From IMG/VR virus record IMGVR_UViG_3300029258_003681: DNA of 64,000 nucleotides; one strand, 5' to 3'. This document shows, one piece after another, positions 11,218-20,906 of this stretch. Below the pieces are notes generated by a model that was given only the letters and a program-made list of their open reading frames with translations, was not told the origin of the DNA and did no database searches. Position 1 is the stretch's first letter, and each line of letters begins with the position of its first letter. This DNA comes from a virus. A program made the translations under genes and the position numbers.

Positions 11218-11852
11218 GAGCGTTGACACTTTGGCCAGAGTGGATCTGGTGTATTGATCATTTGGGAAAACGTGTGGAGAATAGAACGTGGAAGCCTCCC
11301 GAGAAATTTATTGGCCATCGGATCGCGCTGCACGCGGGCGCGCATATAGGTGGGCGAGCAGGACGTGCGGCTACTGCTTCTGGCCTTCGGGCTGTGGGAT
11401 CGATGGCAGTCCGTGAGGGCTGGAGTTGGATGCTAGGGGATGAGCTGGACTACATGACTTTTGCTCCTGGGGATCCAGGGATGATGCAGTGTAAACTTCA
11501 AGAGCAGTGCAATACTCATGTTCCTGATTGTTCGCGTCCTTGGGATATGTATGTGAGCAAGAAGGATCGCGAGCTGTCCTCGTCGTGCAAGCCAGTGGTG
11601 AGAAAGGCTATTGTTGGGACGGCGCGGCTGGCGAAGGTGTCAGAAGGGGACTATGTGCCGTGGGGTGTGCCTGGGATGGTTCACTGGCATTTTTCGGATG
11701 TTCTGATCTTTGGTAATCCGATCGCGGCCAGTGGGAAGCAGAAATTGTGGAATGTGGACGAGAATCAGGCTTTGAATATCGCTTTGGAACATCAGTTCTT
11801 GATTGAGCAGTTCGGAGACTCTATTATTGGTATTTTGGAAAGGGGAAGGTGA
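11214..11852 (+). CDS. ASCH-domain protein
   Basis: MRALTLWPEWIWCIDHLGKRVENRTW ... IALHAG ... AIVGTARL ... HWHFSDV ... ASGKQKLW. Confidence 0.8.
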   Translation: MRALTLWPEWIWCIDHLGKRVENRTWKPPEKFIGHRIALHAGAHIGGRAGRAATASGLRAVGSMAVREGWSWMLGDELDYMTFAPGDPGMMQCKLQEQCNTHVPDCSRPWDMYVSKKDRELSSSCKPVVRKAIVGTARLAKVSEGDYVPWGVPGMVHWHFSDVLIFGNPIAASGKQKLWNVDENQALNIALEHQFLIEQFGDSIIGILERGR

Positions 11853-12297
11853 TGGGGACATATCGAAATTTGAAGAGGAGAAAACTCAATCCCTGGTTCT
11901 GCGTCGTGTGTGATCTGATGGCGGGAACAGCAAAGTTGCCGTTAGCGATCGATGATGATCCGCATCCTGACGTTCATCTTTTGGACATAATGATACTGGA
12001 TTCTACTGAATCTGCGCGTTTGTATGTCCGTGCGCCATCTGCTCGGGCTGCCAAGGCGACGGCGAAGCGTCAGTTGTTGGCCTATATGCAGACGCGGGAA
12101 AAGAGAAAAAAGGATGCGGTAGCGGCATGACTGACTACCCTTATATCTGGTATTGGAAGAGCAAATTGCCAGAGCGCAAGGGCCAGAGGTGTCGCGTGCT
12201 TGTTCGTGGCAAGATGAACAGTATTGCTGTTGAGTTTGAGAGTGATGGATATCGGGTTGTGACAAGTCGGTATGCGGTGAGGAAGGCGAAGAAATAA
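11849..12297 (+). other. two small CDS (11849..12130; 12127..12297 MTDYPYIWYW...RKGQRCRVLVRGKMNSIAVEF, not in the ORF track)
   Basis: Manual translation of the 56-aa ORF; ATGA and TAATG overlaps on either side. Confidence 0.6.
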
Positions 12298-12890
12298 TGG
12301 GAAAGTTCAATGTAATTTTGTCGGATTGTCCCTGGCAGTACGATGACAAAGCTGGGAAGCGTGGGGCCGATAAACATTACGCTACATTGAGTATGAAGGA
12401 ATTGATGTTTCTTCGTGTGGGCGATTTGGCGGCCGAGAATTGTGCTCATTTCATGTGGGTGACGGGGCCATTTATGTTGGAGGGTATCCGTCTTCTCAGG
12501 GCCTGGGGTTTTCGGTATCGCAATATTGCATTCACTTGGATCAAGACGAATCGAAAATCGGGGACATTGTTTACTGGCATGGGCCACTATACGCGATCGA
12601 ATCCTGAATTTGTTTTGCTAGGGATAAAGGGCAAGATGGAGCGGAAATCCGCGAGTGTTCATTCCGTGATTATGGCGCCGATGATTTCGCATTCGGCGAA
12701 GCCTCCCGAGATCCGCGACAGGATTGTTGAGTTGTTTGGCGATGTGCCTCGTTTGGAGATGTTTGCCAGGGCTCCATGGGAGGGATGGGAGCAGACGGGG
12801 TTGGAACTAGACAATCTGGACGTGCGAGAATATATTGAGAAGGTGGCTCCTGCGCGAAAGGGCCTATCGGTATTTGGAAAGCGAACTTGA
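12297..12890 (+). CDS. MT-A70 family N6-adenine methyltransferase
   Basis: VILSDCPWQY (DPPW-like), FMWVT, AWGFRY, YTRSNPEFVLLG, HSAKP, RLEMFAR. Confidence 0.9.
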   Translation: MGKFNVILSDCPWQYDDKAGKRGADKHYATLSMKELMFLRVGDLAAENCAHFMWVTGPFMLEGIRLLRAWGFRYRNIAFTWIKTNRKSGTLFTGMGHYTRSNPEFVLLGIKGKMERKSASVHSVIMAPMISHSAKPPEIRDRIVELFGDVPRLEMFARAPWEGWEQTGLELDNLDVREYIEKVAPARKGLSVFGKRT

Positions 12891-12905
12891 GTTCGCAAGG
12901 AGGAT

Positions 12906-13417
12906 ATGATGACGGGCAGAAATCTGGTGTTATATGTGTGGGTGTTTTTGACCTCGTGTTGGACCACTCTTGCTGTTCAGGGTTGTCATGATAGATGCGA
13001 GCCCGAGGCGATGCGGTGCAACGGTGATCGGGTCGAGATTTGCAATACTGAAGAGGATTGGGAAGTGGCATCGAAGGGCAAGTGTGACGAGATCGAAGAT
13101 TTTGGTCTGGGCCTCGAATGGACATGCTGTGTCGATCCCAGTGATGGGTTGCCATCGTGTTTGCCGAAGGACGAATGTGATAATCCTGAAGATGGGTTTG
13201 ATATGGATGCGAGCGTCGGGGATGGTGGTGTTTGATGTCGTGGGCTAGTGAGGTCAGGGTTGATGTGGAGCGAGCGGGGACGAAAGGCAACCTTATCCTG
13301 AAGAAGCCTGGCAAGAAGTATCACATGAAGTGCGTGGGTTGTCGAAAGACATCGACATTTCGTGTGGGGAAGGTTCGTCCGAAGGCGTGTCCGAAATGTG
13401 GAAAGAAAGGGAGGTAG
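12906..13417 (+). other. Cys-rich secreted/lipoprotein-like CDS (12906..13235) and Zn-ribbon CDS (13232..13417)
   Basis: N-terminal hydrophobic segment and paired Cys; CVGC...CPKC. Confidence 0.55.
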
Positions 13418-13420
13418 CTG

Positions 13421-14047
13421 ATGCGAGTAACAGGAAAAGAAGTCAGAGATTTCTGGAAGTACATGTCCAAGAAGTACAATTTCGACATTGTGACGAAGGG
13501 CGATGCCGAGGAGATGAGAATCATTGGCTGGGCGCTCGATCTGATGGACATTCAGAGCCAGAAAGAGTTCATGAAGAAGTACACGACGACCGTCGTCCTT
13601 GGCGAATGGCGCTGTGTATACGTTCCGTTCGAGATTGGCAAGGGGTCACAGGCTCAACTGATCGCGCAGATTGAAATCTGCGTCCATGAATGTCAGCATG
13701 TTGTACAGGCCGATCGTGAGAGAGCGCAGCCCATAAAGTATCTCACAAGTGACGCGAGCCGTGCGTACTACGAGGCGGATGCGTATGGGGCGAGCATGGA
13801 GATGCACTACTTCTTGACTGGCAAGCTTCTGAGTCCGAGATCTCTGGCCAACGATCTCAAGGCGTATTCCATCGGTGCTGGCGACCGGCGCATTGCCGAG
13901 AAGCATCTTGTGGTTACGGCAAAGGTTGTAAAAAGGGGTGGCGTGATGACGGGCGTTTCGAAGGTGTCGATTGCCTGGTGGAAGCGGAGAAAGAAAAATA
14001 CTGTGAAATTCAGAAAGATCTCTCCAATACGCATCTCTCCAATGTAA
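13421..14047 (+). CDS. HExxH putative metallopeptidase
   Basis: VHECQHVVQ followed by YEADAY. Confidence 0.6.
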   Translation: MRVTGKEVRDFWKYMSKKYNFDIVTKGDAEEMRIIGWALDLMDIQSQKEFMKKYTTTVVLGEWRCVYVPFEIGKGSQAQLIAQIEICVHECQHVVQADRERAQPIKYLTSDASRAYYEADAYGASMEMHYFLTGKLLSPRSLANDLKAYSIGAGDRRIAEKHLVVTAKVVKRGGVMTGVSKVSIAWWKRRKKNTVKFRKISPIRISPM

Positions 14048-14109
14048 GTGCCCGAAATCTTGGGCCTATTCCTGCCTGGAATGAAATCGAAAAAAGTCGG
14101 GTCAGGGGG

Positions 14110-14139
14110 TTGACAAACGCCTCTGGAGTGGGCAACTAT
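14110..14139 (+). promoter_or_regulatory. sigma70-like promoter TTGACAAACG...AACTAT
   Basis: Conserved -35 with AACG extension, intergenic. Confidence 0.65.
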
Positions 14140-14197
14140 GTGAGTGCGAGGCAGGCAAACCAAGATGGTCAGGAAGATCCTGGCAGGAGGTTGAAGA

Positions 14198-14713
14198 ATG
14201 AAGAACGCAACAACAATCGCAATAACAAAGGTCGTGTCGGGACGCAGCAAGGCTGCCAAGGAAGCGCGCAAGGCGCTGGAGCCTGGCGAGTATGACATTG
14301 ACACCACGGTCCACATCACGGGCACCCTGAAGGTCGGCGAGGATCACACGATCGCACCGACGGCCTCCTTGCTCAATCAGGAATTTTTGGCCCTGGTCCT
14401 CCACCACGCGGGCATCACGCGCGACGCGGCAGCGAACGTCATCAAGAAGGTTGCGGACGATTACCTGGTCAACTGGACGGGCAGCGACGAGGACAAGGCG
14501 AGCGCCAAGGAAGAGCGCAAGGCGCTGGTTGCGGCTTTTGATCCCGAAGGCAAGATCGAAGGCATCTTTGCCGAGTTCAAGGACACGCTGCCGCAGATCC
14601 CGAGCAAGGGCAAAGTGACATGGAAGGGCAACGCCGAGGAGGTCGCCGCCGACGCTCCTGCGGAGATCGAGATTGGCGACCTTGCCGAGGCCGCTGAAAA
14701 AGAAACCGCCTAA
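14198..14713 (+). CDS. hypothetical protein
   Basis: AGGAGG SD; strong C/G third-position codon bias suggests high expression. Confidence 0.75.
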   Translation: MKNATTIAITKVVSGRSKAAKEARKALEPGEYDIDTTVHITGTLKVGEDHTIAPTASLLNQEFLALVLHHAGITRDAAANVIKKVADDYLVNWTGSDEDKASAKEERKALVAAFDPEGKIEGIFAEFKDTLPQIPSKGKVTWKGNAEEVAADAPAEIEIGDLAEAAEKETA

Positions 14714-14772
14714 TTACATCCAACCCCATCCAGGAGGGTAACGGTTTGGCCGACCCTCCTCGGCCAGTAGAG

Positions 14773-14801
14773 AAGGGATCGATCTGATGGTCGGTCCCTT
14801 T
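14773..14801 (+). terminator. 12-bp hairpin, probable terminator or processing stem
   Basis: AAGGGATCGATC-TGAT-GGTCGGTCCCTT followed by a T-rich tail. Confidence 0.5.
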
Positions 14802-14879
14802 GTCCTTGTGTGCTCCAGGATGGTCTGCTAGGATCAACTTGAGAAAATGCGTGAGCTAATAGAACAGAGGAGGGCGCAG

Positions 14880-15266
14880 ATGAAGACTCTCCCCGCGATG
14901 GATTCGGACTTCGAGAGTTCGAATGTTCATTCAATAGGCTATGATGAGCCAACAATGACTCTATTTGTTCGGTTCTGGCAGTTGAGCAAAAGCAAACGTT
15001 CTCAGATCCCTGGTCCAGTCTACAAATATTTCAATGTGGAGAAGAAGGTCTATTTGCAGATGTACTATGCTGCCAGCAAAGGGAAATTTGTGTGGGAGCG
15101 TCTGCGGAATAGATATCGGTATGCCATGATGGGCCGTCGCGGATGGCGTGGTCCGATGACGAAAGTAAACCGTCCGAATGCCAAGAATCCTGCTCGTCAG
15201 GAGAGGAGAATGGCTCCTCCCAAGAAGCGCAGATCGGGTTCCAAGAGACCAGCTGCCGCCAGGTAG
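14880..15266 (+). CDS. KTSC-domain protein with basic C-terminal tail
   Basis: ESSNVHSIGYD..TMTLFVRF...YKYFNV...Y..MYYAASKGKF. Confidence 0.8.
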   Translation: MKTLPAMDSDFESSNVHSIGYDEPTMTLFVRFWQLSKSKRSQIPGPVYKYFNVEKKVYLQMYYAASKGKFVWERLRNRYRYAMMGRRGWRGPMTKVNRPNAKNPARQERRMAPPKKRRSGSKRPAAAR

Positions 15267-15348
15267 TTCGGACTCTAACAGTTGACAAACTCTCTTTATG
15301 CCTTAATCATTGTCATAAGAGGATTATCCAGCGAGGATAATCAAGGAG

Positions 15349-16416
15349 GTGGCAATGAGATGGTTTTTGATTGCATCTATTTTGGTATTGGGATGTGGCG
15401 GTGAATATCCTTTATTGGAGGAGGAGGACGCAGGGGGTGTACAATGGGGAGGACAGAGTATGGGGGATGGAGGGGGAGATAGTGACACAGAAAGTGGAGA
15501 AGAGAATACCGAGGATGATGCGGGCGCTGACGTAAAAGATGGAGGATTAGATGATGACACTGATGCTGACGTTGATACCGATGCTGATAGCGGCGCTGAT
15601 ACTGATGTTGATATTGACGCTGATATTGATGCAGATGGAGACGCAGACACGGATGCAGACGGTGATAGTGATGGGGATAGCGATAGTGATACTGACTCTG
15701 ATGCTGATAATGATACAGATGTGGATGTAGACACCGACACTGATACCGACACCGACTCAGACGCCGACTCGGATACTGATACCGACACCGACACCGATAT
15801 TGATAGCGACACTGACAGCGACACTGACACTGATACGGATGCGGACGGGGATGTGCCATGCGAGTATTTCTGCGGACCGAGTCAGGTTTGGTGTTTGGGA
15901 ACTGGAAACATTGAACATCCTGAGCAGACTTGTCCTGGCACGGACTTTTGTTGCGACATTTCTGGGGGAGGTGACGCCGACTCTGATACCGATACGGACA
16001 CGGATACGGACGCTGATAGTGATACTGATGCGGATGCCGACCCGAGGGCGTGTGACGGTGGACGGAAGTTGGAATCTGGAGGCACAGAGTATTGTTGGCA
16101 GCAGTATCCAGCTTCAGCGAGGCCACTAGCTAACGCCATGACGTACTGCGACAATATTGGGCTGGGTGGTCACACGGACTGGGATCTTCCAAACTCTGTA
16201 GAGGCGCAGATGTTGTTTGACAATTGCGTCAACACAGCCCCTGGGATCTACGACTGCGATTCTTGCGCTGACAGCTACAATTGTTCGGAGATGTTTCCAG
16301 GTGACACGGAAACCTACTGGCTGGCGGGTCCTGTTGTGAAATTCTTCACTGGCGTGATTACTTACTCGGGAGGCAGCTCCAGCGAGTACAAGGTGAGATG
16401 TGTCCGCGAGATTTAA
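15349..16416 (+). CDS. lipoprotein with Asp/Thr/Ser repeats and C-terminal DUF1566 (Lcl-like) domain
   Basis: Lipobox LVLGC; (DT/DA/DS)n tracts; YCDNIGLGGHTDWDLPN and terminal VRCVR. Confidence 0.75.
   Translation: MAMRWFLIASILVLGCGGEYPLLEEEDAGGVQWGGQSMGDGGGDSDTESGEENTEDDAGADVKDGGLDDDTDADVDTDADSGADTDVDIDADIDADGDADTDADGDSDGDSDSDTDSDADNDTDVDVDTDTDTDTDSDADSDTDTDTDTDIDSDTDSDTDTDTDADGDVPCEYFCGPSQVWCLGTGNIEHPEQTCPGTDFCCDISGGGDADSDTDTDTDTDADSDTDADADPRACDGGRKLESGGTEYCWQQYPASARPLANAMTYCDNIGLGGHTDWDLPNSVEAQMLFDNCVNTAPGIYDCDSCADSYNCSEMFPGDTETYWLAGPVVKFFTGVITYSGGSSSEYKVRCVREI
15570..16038 (+). repeat. low-complexity GAY-RCN hexamer repeats encoding DTDTD/DADAD (two tracts separated by a Cys-rich spacer)
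   Basis: Direct inspection; synonymous positions vary between repeat units. Confidence 0.85.
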
Positions 16417-16432
16417 CGAGCTTGAGTTCGCG

Positions 16433-16455
16433 CTCTATGTGCGGTAGGGTTTTTT
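16433..16455 (+). terminator. intrinsic terminator
   Basis: CTCTAT-GTGCG-GTAGGG followed by a T run. Confidence 0.55.
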
Positions 16456-16468
16456 ATCGGAGGGAGCT

Positions 16469-17210
16469 ATGGATCTTTATTTAGTGAGCAAGGCGTCGCA
16501 GGACGAGACACGAACGGGTGTGGTAGAGGTTGCCGAGATGACGGTGTTTGGCGTTTTCACGAGTTCGTCGCGCGCGGCTGATATTGCAGCGAAGCATGAT
16601 GCGACAGTGACGGAGTTCGATGCGGACAAAGAGGTTTCGCAAACGGTGCAGCGTTGGTTGAATCCTGGCTATGTCTCGGGTTGATAAATTTTTTTTAATA
16701 TGGTAAGTCCGTCTAAAAGATATCGCCGATAGATGGCGGGGGATGGACGATGAAAGAAAATATTTCTGAGGTAATTACTTTGTGGGCAGAGCATGCGGCG
16801 CAACCTTTCCAGGGGATGGCAAAAGAGAAAATTGAAAAGCATTTATCCATTGCGATCGGTACTGCGATCCGAAATGGTGTAGTCGCATTTGAGGGGCTTG
16901 CCGATGTGGTGTTCGCGTACAAGTGGAGCAACAAAAATCGGATTACTGTCGAGTTGGATCCGTCGAAGTTTACTGGGGACATGCTCATTATCAGGAGTAA
17001 AGAGTGGGTGGAATAGGGATGCTGGAAGCCTTCGAGCTGGCAGAGGCCGTCGGCGATAAGGCATTGACGATTGATGAGTTATTGTTTGTGGCAGATGCGC
17101 GAAAGCGGAAGGGATGCCGCACTTTGAAATCTGCGTTATCCGCCGATGAACGTCGGCGAGTGATGAATCTTGGGTTGAAATGCAAAGCGTGGAAGGAAGA
17201 AAACCGATGA
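16469..17210 (+). other. three hypothetical CDS (16469..16684, 16750..17016, 17019..17210)
   Basis: ORF track and SD sites. Confidence 0.55.
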
Positions 17211-17542
17211 AGAAAAAAGCCGAGAAAAAGAGTGCAAAGAAGAGTGTTGCGAAGAAAAATGTTGTGGAAAAATCTGTGTTTCGTCCATTGCATGACAACG
17301 TAGTCATCGAGAAGGACACGGCCAATACTGAGGACAAGGTAACAAAGGGCGGTCTTTTCATTCCTGGCTCGGCTACTCAGCCGCCGAATACTGCGAAAGT
17401 GATCGCTGTTGGTCCTGCGGTAGAGGGCCTCAAGGCTAACGATGTCATTGTTGTTGGTACTTTCTCGGGGACGAAGGTAGTGGTCAATGACGAGGAATAT
17501 GTGGTTATCAAATTTGATGATGTCCTGGGCTTGTACGAATAG
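17207..17542 (+). CDS. groES: co-chaperonin GroES (Cpn10) with short basic N-terminal extension
   Basis: FRPLHDNVVIE, TKGGLFIPG, AKVIAVGP, SGTKV..EEYVVIKFDDVLG. Confidence 0.9.
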   Translation: MKKKAEKKSAKKSVAKKNVVEKSVFRPLHDNVVIEKDTANTEDKVTKGGLFIPGSATQPPNTAKVIAVGPAVEGLKANDVIVVGTFSGTKVVVNDEEYVVIKFDDVLGLYE

Positions 17543-17555
17543 TGCAACGACCCTG

Positions 17556-17584
17556 TTGACAAACGCCGCAGCAGCCTTTAACAT
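17556..17584 (+). promoter_or_regulatory. sigma70-like promoter TTGACA-N17-TAACAT
   Basis: Near-consensus hexamers, intergenic. Confidence 0.75.
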
Positions 17585-17620
17585 GTTGGTAGATACTGGA
17601 CGCGATGCCAGGAGGCGGAT

Positions 17621-18962
17621 ATGAGGTTAAAACACGAGAGCAAGTTGGTTCTTCCGTGGGAGGAGAAGCGCAAGCGGGTACCGACACCGATCAAGGCGGT
17701 TTGGTTCCTGCTTTTGACCATGGCATTTGTTGGGATCTTTTTGAATCAATGTACAGTCCCAGAGGCGAAGGCGCATCCAGATGTGTCTGGAGAGCGTGAG
17801 GTGATTCAGCTGCGTCGGAGGGAGATCAAGGCGCTGGAATCAATAGCTTTGTCGTTGAAGGCTATAGCGAGATCGCAAGGGGGACGATAGTGGGTGCGAA
17901 TACGAAGTATGGTTTTTGTCGAGGATGCAAGAAGTGGGTTCCCCGTGATGAGATGCTCTCGATAAATGTGAGTGTGTACGATGCCCAAAATAACGAGCGT
18001 CGAATTCCTTTGCGGTTCTGTCCATCTTGTCACAAGAAAAAGATAGAGGAGACAGAGGAGCTGAGGTGGGACAATGTTCTGAAGATTGAGGTAGAGATCA
18101 AAACCAACAAGGATCTGGCGGCTCAGTCGGACCTTGAATTCGATCCAAATATTGATGTGAGTGAAATTGCTGCGGCGTGGAGCAGGGATGCTGCTAGGCA
18201 AATTGTCAGACCAGTACCGAAGGCAATTCCTGCGGAGTCTGCGAGGGTGGAAAGGCCCGAAAAGAAGAAGGAAGGAAAACCAAAGCGGCGAAAGTTGGAC
18301 CCGAAGGATGATTCCGAGGCGGCCATGCGTCGGCGAGGAAAAAGGGTGGATATAAACTACTAGTTTTATTTCCCAATTGATACGTCGCGGGATGCGGCGA
18401 GGGAGGATTCATGGAAAGGTTGGAAGTGTTCAAAGAGGAGATCTTGTCGATGAATGCCCGTAAGCGGAGACTTCAAGATGAGATCGATAAAATTGACGGT
18501 CGTATCCAGGTTCTCAGGGAGATCATCAATGATGGCTCGACAACGGAGCGGTCGCGGGTGAGGGCTGGGTTGTTTCCTCGGGGTGAGCTTCCTACGCACT
18601 TGCTGGCTGTTGTGGAGGAGTCGGATCGGCCCCTTGATTCAAAAGAAGTCGCGAAGATCTTAAAGATGCGCCATTCGTGTCTGAAGGATGTTCCCCTGAA
18701 AAACATTGAGCAGGCTGCGTCGTCGGGCCTGTCGGATTTGTGCAAGAGGCACCGTCGTTTGAAGGCAGAAAAGGGGCCTGGTCGTCTGCTTCGTTACTCG
18801 GCGGCGCTTCCTCCTCTTGACGGCACTCTTGTTGTGTCTCACGATCACATTGGGATGATCCCCCCAATGCCTCACGATGAGAAAGCCCCACAGACCGACG
18901 AGGATGGCTTTGTGGACCCCGACTCGGTCCTTGGCGCCCCTGATGAGGGGCAGCATGAGTAA
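17621..18962 (+). other. three hypothetical CDS (17621..17890 single TM; 17890..18363 two CxxC; 18411..18962 coiled coil plus possible winged HTH)
   Basis: ORF track, SD sites. Confidence 0.55.
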
Positions 18963-20139
18963 GCCCAAAATACTGGTCACAGGGGGGCCTGTCGCGGCCA
19001 ATCTGGATGCGGTGAAGCTCATCACGAATCGCTTCAAGGGTGGGCGCATGATGGGCTTGGCGCATAGTCTTGGCAATCGGGGAGCCAATGTTACGTATCT
19101 CGCCAGCGAGCTTCCGAAATATGACGGTCCACTTAGTAGCAATGTGGAGTGGATAAAGCATAGTGGGTTCGATCACTACATGAATATTGTGCAGGTCCAT
19201 GCGCGCGATTATAACGTGATCGTCCTTGGGGCAGCGGTGGCGAATCTGATCCCCGATAAGCGGTGGCAGGAGCTGATGCTCAAAGATGGCAAGTTTCCCT
19301 CGCACAATTATGAGGAGGACGATCCTGTGCCGATTCTTTTTCGGATCGCGCCGAGGATTATCAATCGTGTGCGCGAGGTGGCTCCTTACGCGAAGCTGGT
19401 CGGTTTCAAGCTTCTCAGCGGGGTTGCTCATGACGAGCTTATTCGTGCGGCGCAGCTGACCCAGAGGGAGGCGAGGGCGCATCTTGTGGTTGCCAATGAC
19501 GCGAAGAATCTTAATGAGAAATTCGGAGTGACGCCAGAGGGCGGAGAGTTTTGCATTGAGAATCTTGCCGAAACCATTTACGACATGGCGAAAGATAAGC
19601 ATTATACGTCTGTACCTGCCAGCTTGGATCTTGGGTCTTTTTACGATGAGGGGCTTGAGCATGAGGAGCCTGTGGTTGATGCTTTGAATCGTCTGAAGGA
19701 TGTTGCAGAGGGATATGAGCCAGAGCTGCTCATGGGAAAGCAGTCCAATGGAATGATATTTGGCTGCGTTGCTGTTCGCGTGATGGATGGCACAGGGCGC
19801 TTTGTGATCTCTGCCCGAGGCAAAAAGAACATCAAAGAGGCGACGGTTGTTTGTCGGGTGGATCACGAGAAGCGAAGATTGGTAGTGGGGGGTGGCACGG
19901 CCAAAGCGTCGTTGAATGCTCCGTTGATTGATCAAATCTTCAAGAAGGTTCCCGATGCGAATGTAGTGGTTCACTGGCACGATCATGGATCTGATTCAGC
20001 TGCCTTTTCATACAGCTTGCCATATGCACAGCCAGGAACGGTACGAGATTCGCTTCGGGATTTCCCAGTGGAATGGGGGGATGATGGGCGCATTTGGTTC
20101 GCGATTGCTGGGCATGGTGAGTTTAGGGTGATGAAATGA
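18955..20139 (+). CDS. fusion of a CoaB/DFP-like (phosphopantothenate-cysteine ligase) domain and a class II aldolase/adducin-like domain
   Basis: N-part KILVTGGP..NLDAVKLITNRFKGG, LGAAVAN, LVGFKL, VVAND; C-part FGCVAVR..FVISARG..KASLNAPLIDQIF..ANVVVHWH. Confidence 0.7.
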   Translation: MSKPKILVTGGPVAANLDAVKLITNRFKGGRMMGLAHSLGNRGANVTYLASELPKYDGPLSSNVEWIKHSGFDHYMNIVQVHARDYNVIVLGAAVANLIPDKRWQELMLKDGKFPSHNYEEDDPVPILFRIAPRIINRVREVAPYAKLVGFKLLSGVAHDELIRAAQLTQREARAHLVVANDAKNLNEKFGVTPEGGEFCIENLAETIYDMAKDKHYTSVPASLDLGSFYDEGLEHEEPVVDALNRLKDVAEGYEPELLMGKQSNGMIFGCVAVRVMDGTGRFVISARGKKNIKEATVVCRVDHEKRRLVVGGGTAKASLNAPLIDQIFKKVPDANVVVHWHDHGSDSAAFSYSLPYAQPGTVRDSLRDFPVEWGDDGRIWFAIAGHGEFRVMK

Positions 20140-20855
20140 TAAATGATTTCATAAACATGGATGCTCCTGACTACGAGCGGTTGTACGCCAGATTTCTGAA
20201 ACGCCCCATTGATGATCTGCTTTTGGCTGTTGGGCCGATCGAGGGCAAGCGAGTGCTTGACCTGTGCGCGGGAGGGTTGCGCGCGAGCGTGCGCGCGAAG
20301 GAGCTGGGTGCCGCATATGTTTGTGCTGTTGACATCTCGTCATCAATGTTGTGGTCGCCTAGCATAGAGAACCGATGGAAGGCTGAGAGCCTCCCCGATG
20401 TGCGTGTGGTTGCGGACATTTCGAAGTGGGGACGGACGGAGTCTTTCTCTCCATATTTGAGCAATACTTTATTTTTTGATTTGGTTGTTTGCCAGCAGGG
20501 GGTGAATTATTGGTGGGGCAAATATGCCGTGGCGAATATTGCGGCATCTATGAAGGAAGACGGGTGTTTTGTTTTCAATACGTTTGTCCAGCGTCCTGAC
20601 GAGGTCCCCAAGAGGAGAGAGTATGAGATTGATGGGCGATCCTATACTGAAGTGAGCTGGCTCGTTGGCGACATCGTTGTGCATGTCCAAACGTGTGAAG
20701 GCGAGTCGCACTCCTCAACCTTTCGCTGGATTCCTCATGGTGAGTTCGTGGATGTTTTGAAGATGCATTTTTCGGATATTGAGACTCTCTATGATGATAG
20801 GTGCCGCTCCATAATTTATGTTTGTCGGAAGGGGTTGACTAACGCAGGCGACTAG
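20136..20855 (+). CDS. class I SAM-dependent methyltransferase
   Basis: RVLDLCAGG motif I, AVDIS motif II, FDLVVCQQG, GCFVFN. Confidence 0.85.
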   Translation: MINDFINMDAPDYERLYARFLKRPIDDLLLAVGPIEGKRVLDLCAGGLRASVRAKELGAAYVCAVDISSSMLWSPSIENRWKAESLPDVRVVADISKWGRTESFSPYLSNTLFFDLVVCQQGVNYWWGKYAVANIAASMKEDGCFVFNTFVQRPDEVPKRREYEIDGRSYTEVSWLVGDIVVHVQTCEGESHSSTFRWIPHGEFVDVLKMHFSDIETLYDDRCRSIIYVCRKGLTNAGD

Positions 20856-20862
20856 GTAATAT
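20835..20862 (+). promoter_or_regulatory. sigma70-like promoter TTGACT-N16-TAATAT
   Basis: TTGACTAACG variant, overlaps the end of the methyltransferase gene. Confidence 0.65.
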
Positions 20863-20906
20863 GGTGGCGTTGCGAAGATACTCGCTAAGATGGCGAGGAG
20901 GAGGAT

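Noticed and set aside
15570-16038. Possible CRISPR array or VNTR in the GAY-RCN repeats
   Set aside because: No constant repeat with unique spacers; the pattern is in-frame Asp/Thr codon repetition inside a lipoprotein.
16030-16416. DUF1566 domain as target of a diversity-generating retroelement
   Set aside because: No reverse transcriptase and no second near-identical copy differing at adenines seen in the window; one could still exist elsewhere in the genome.
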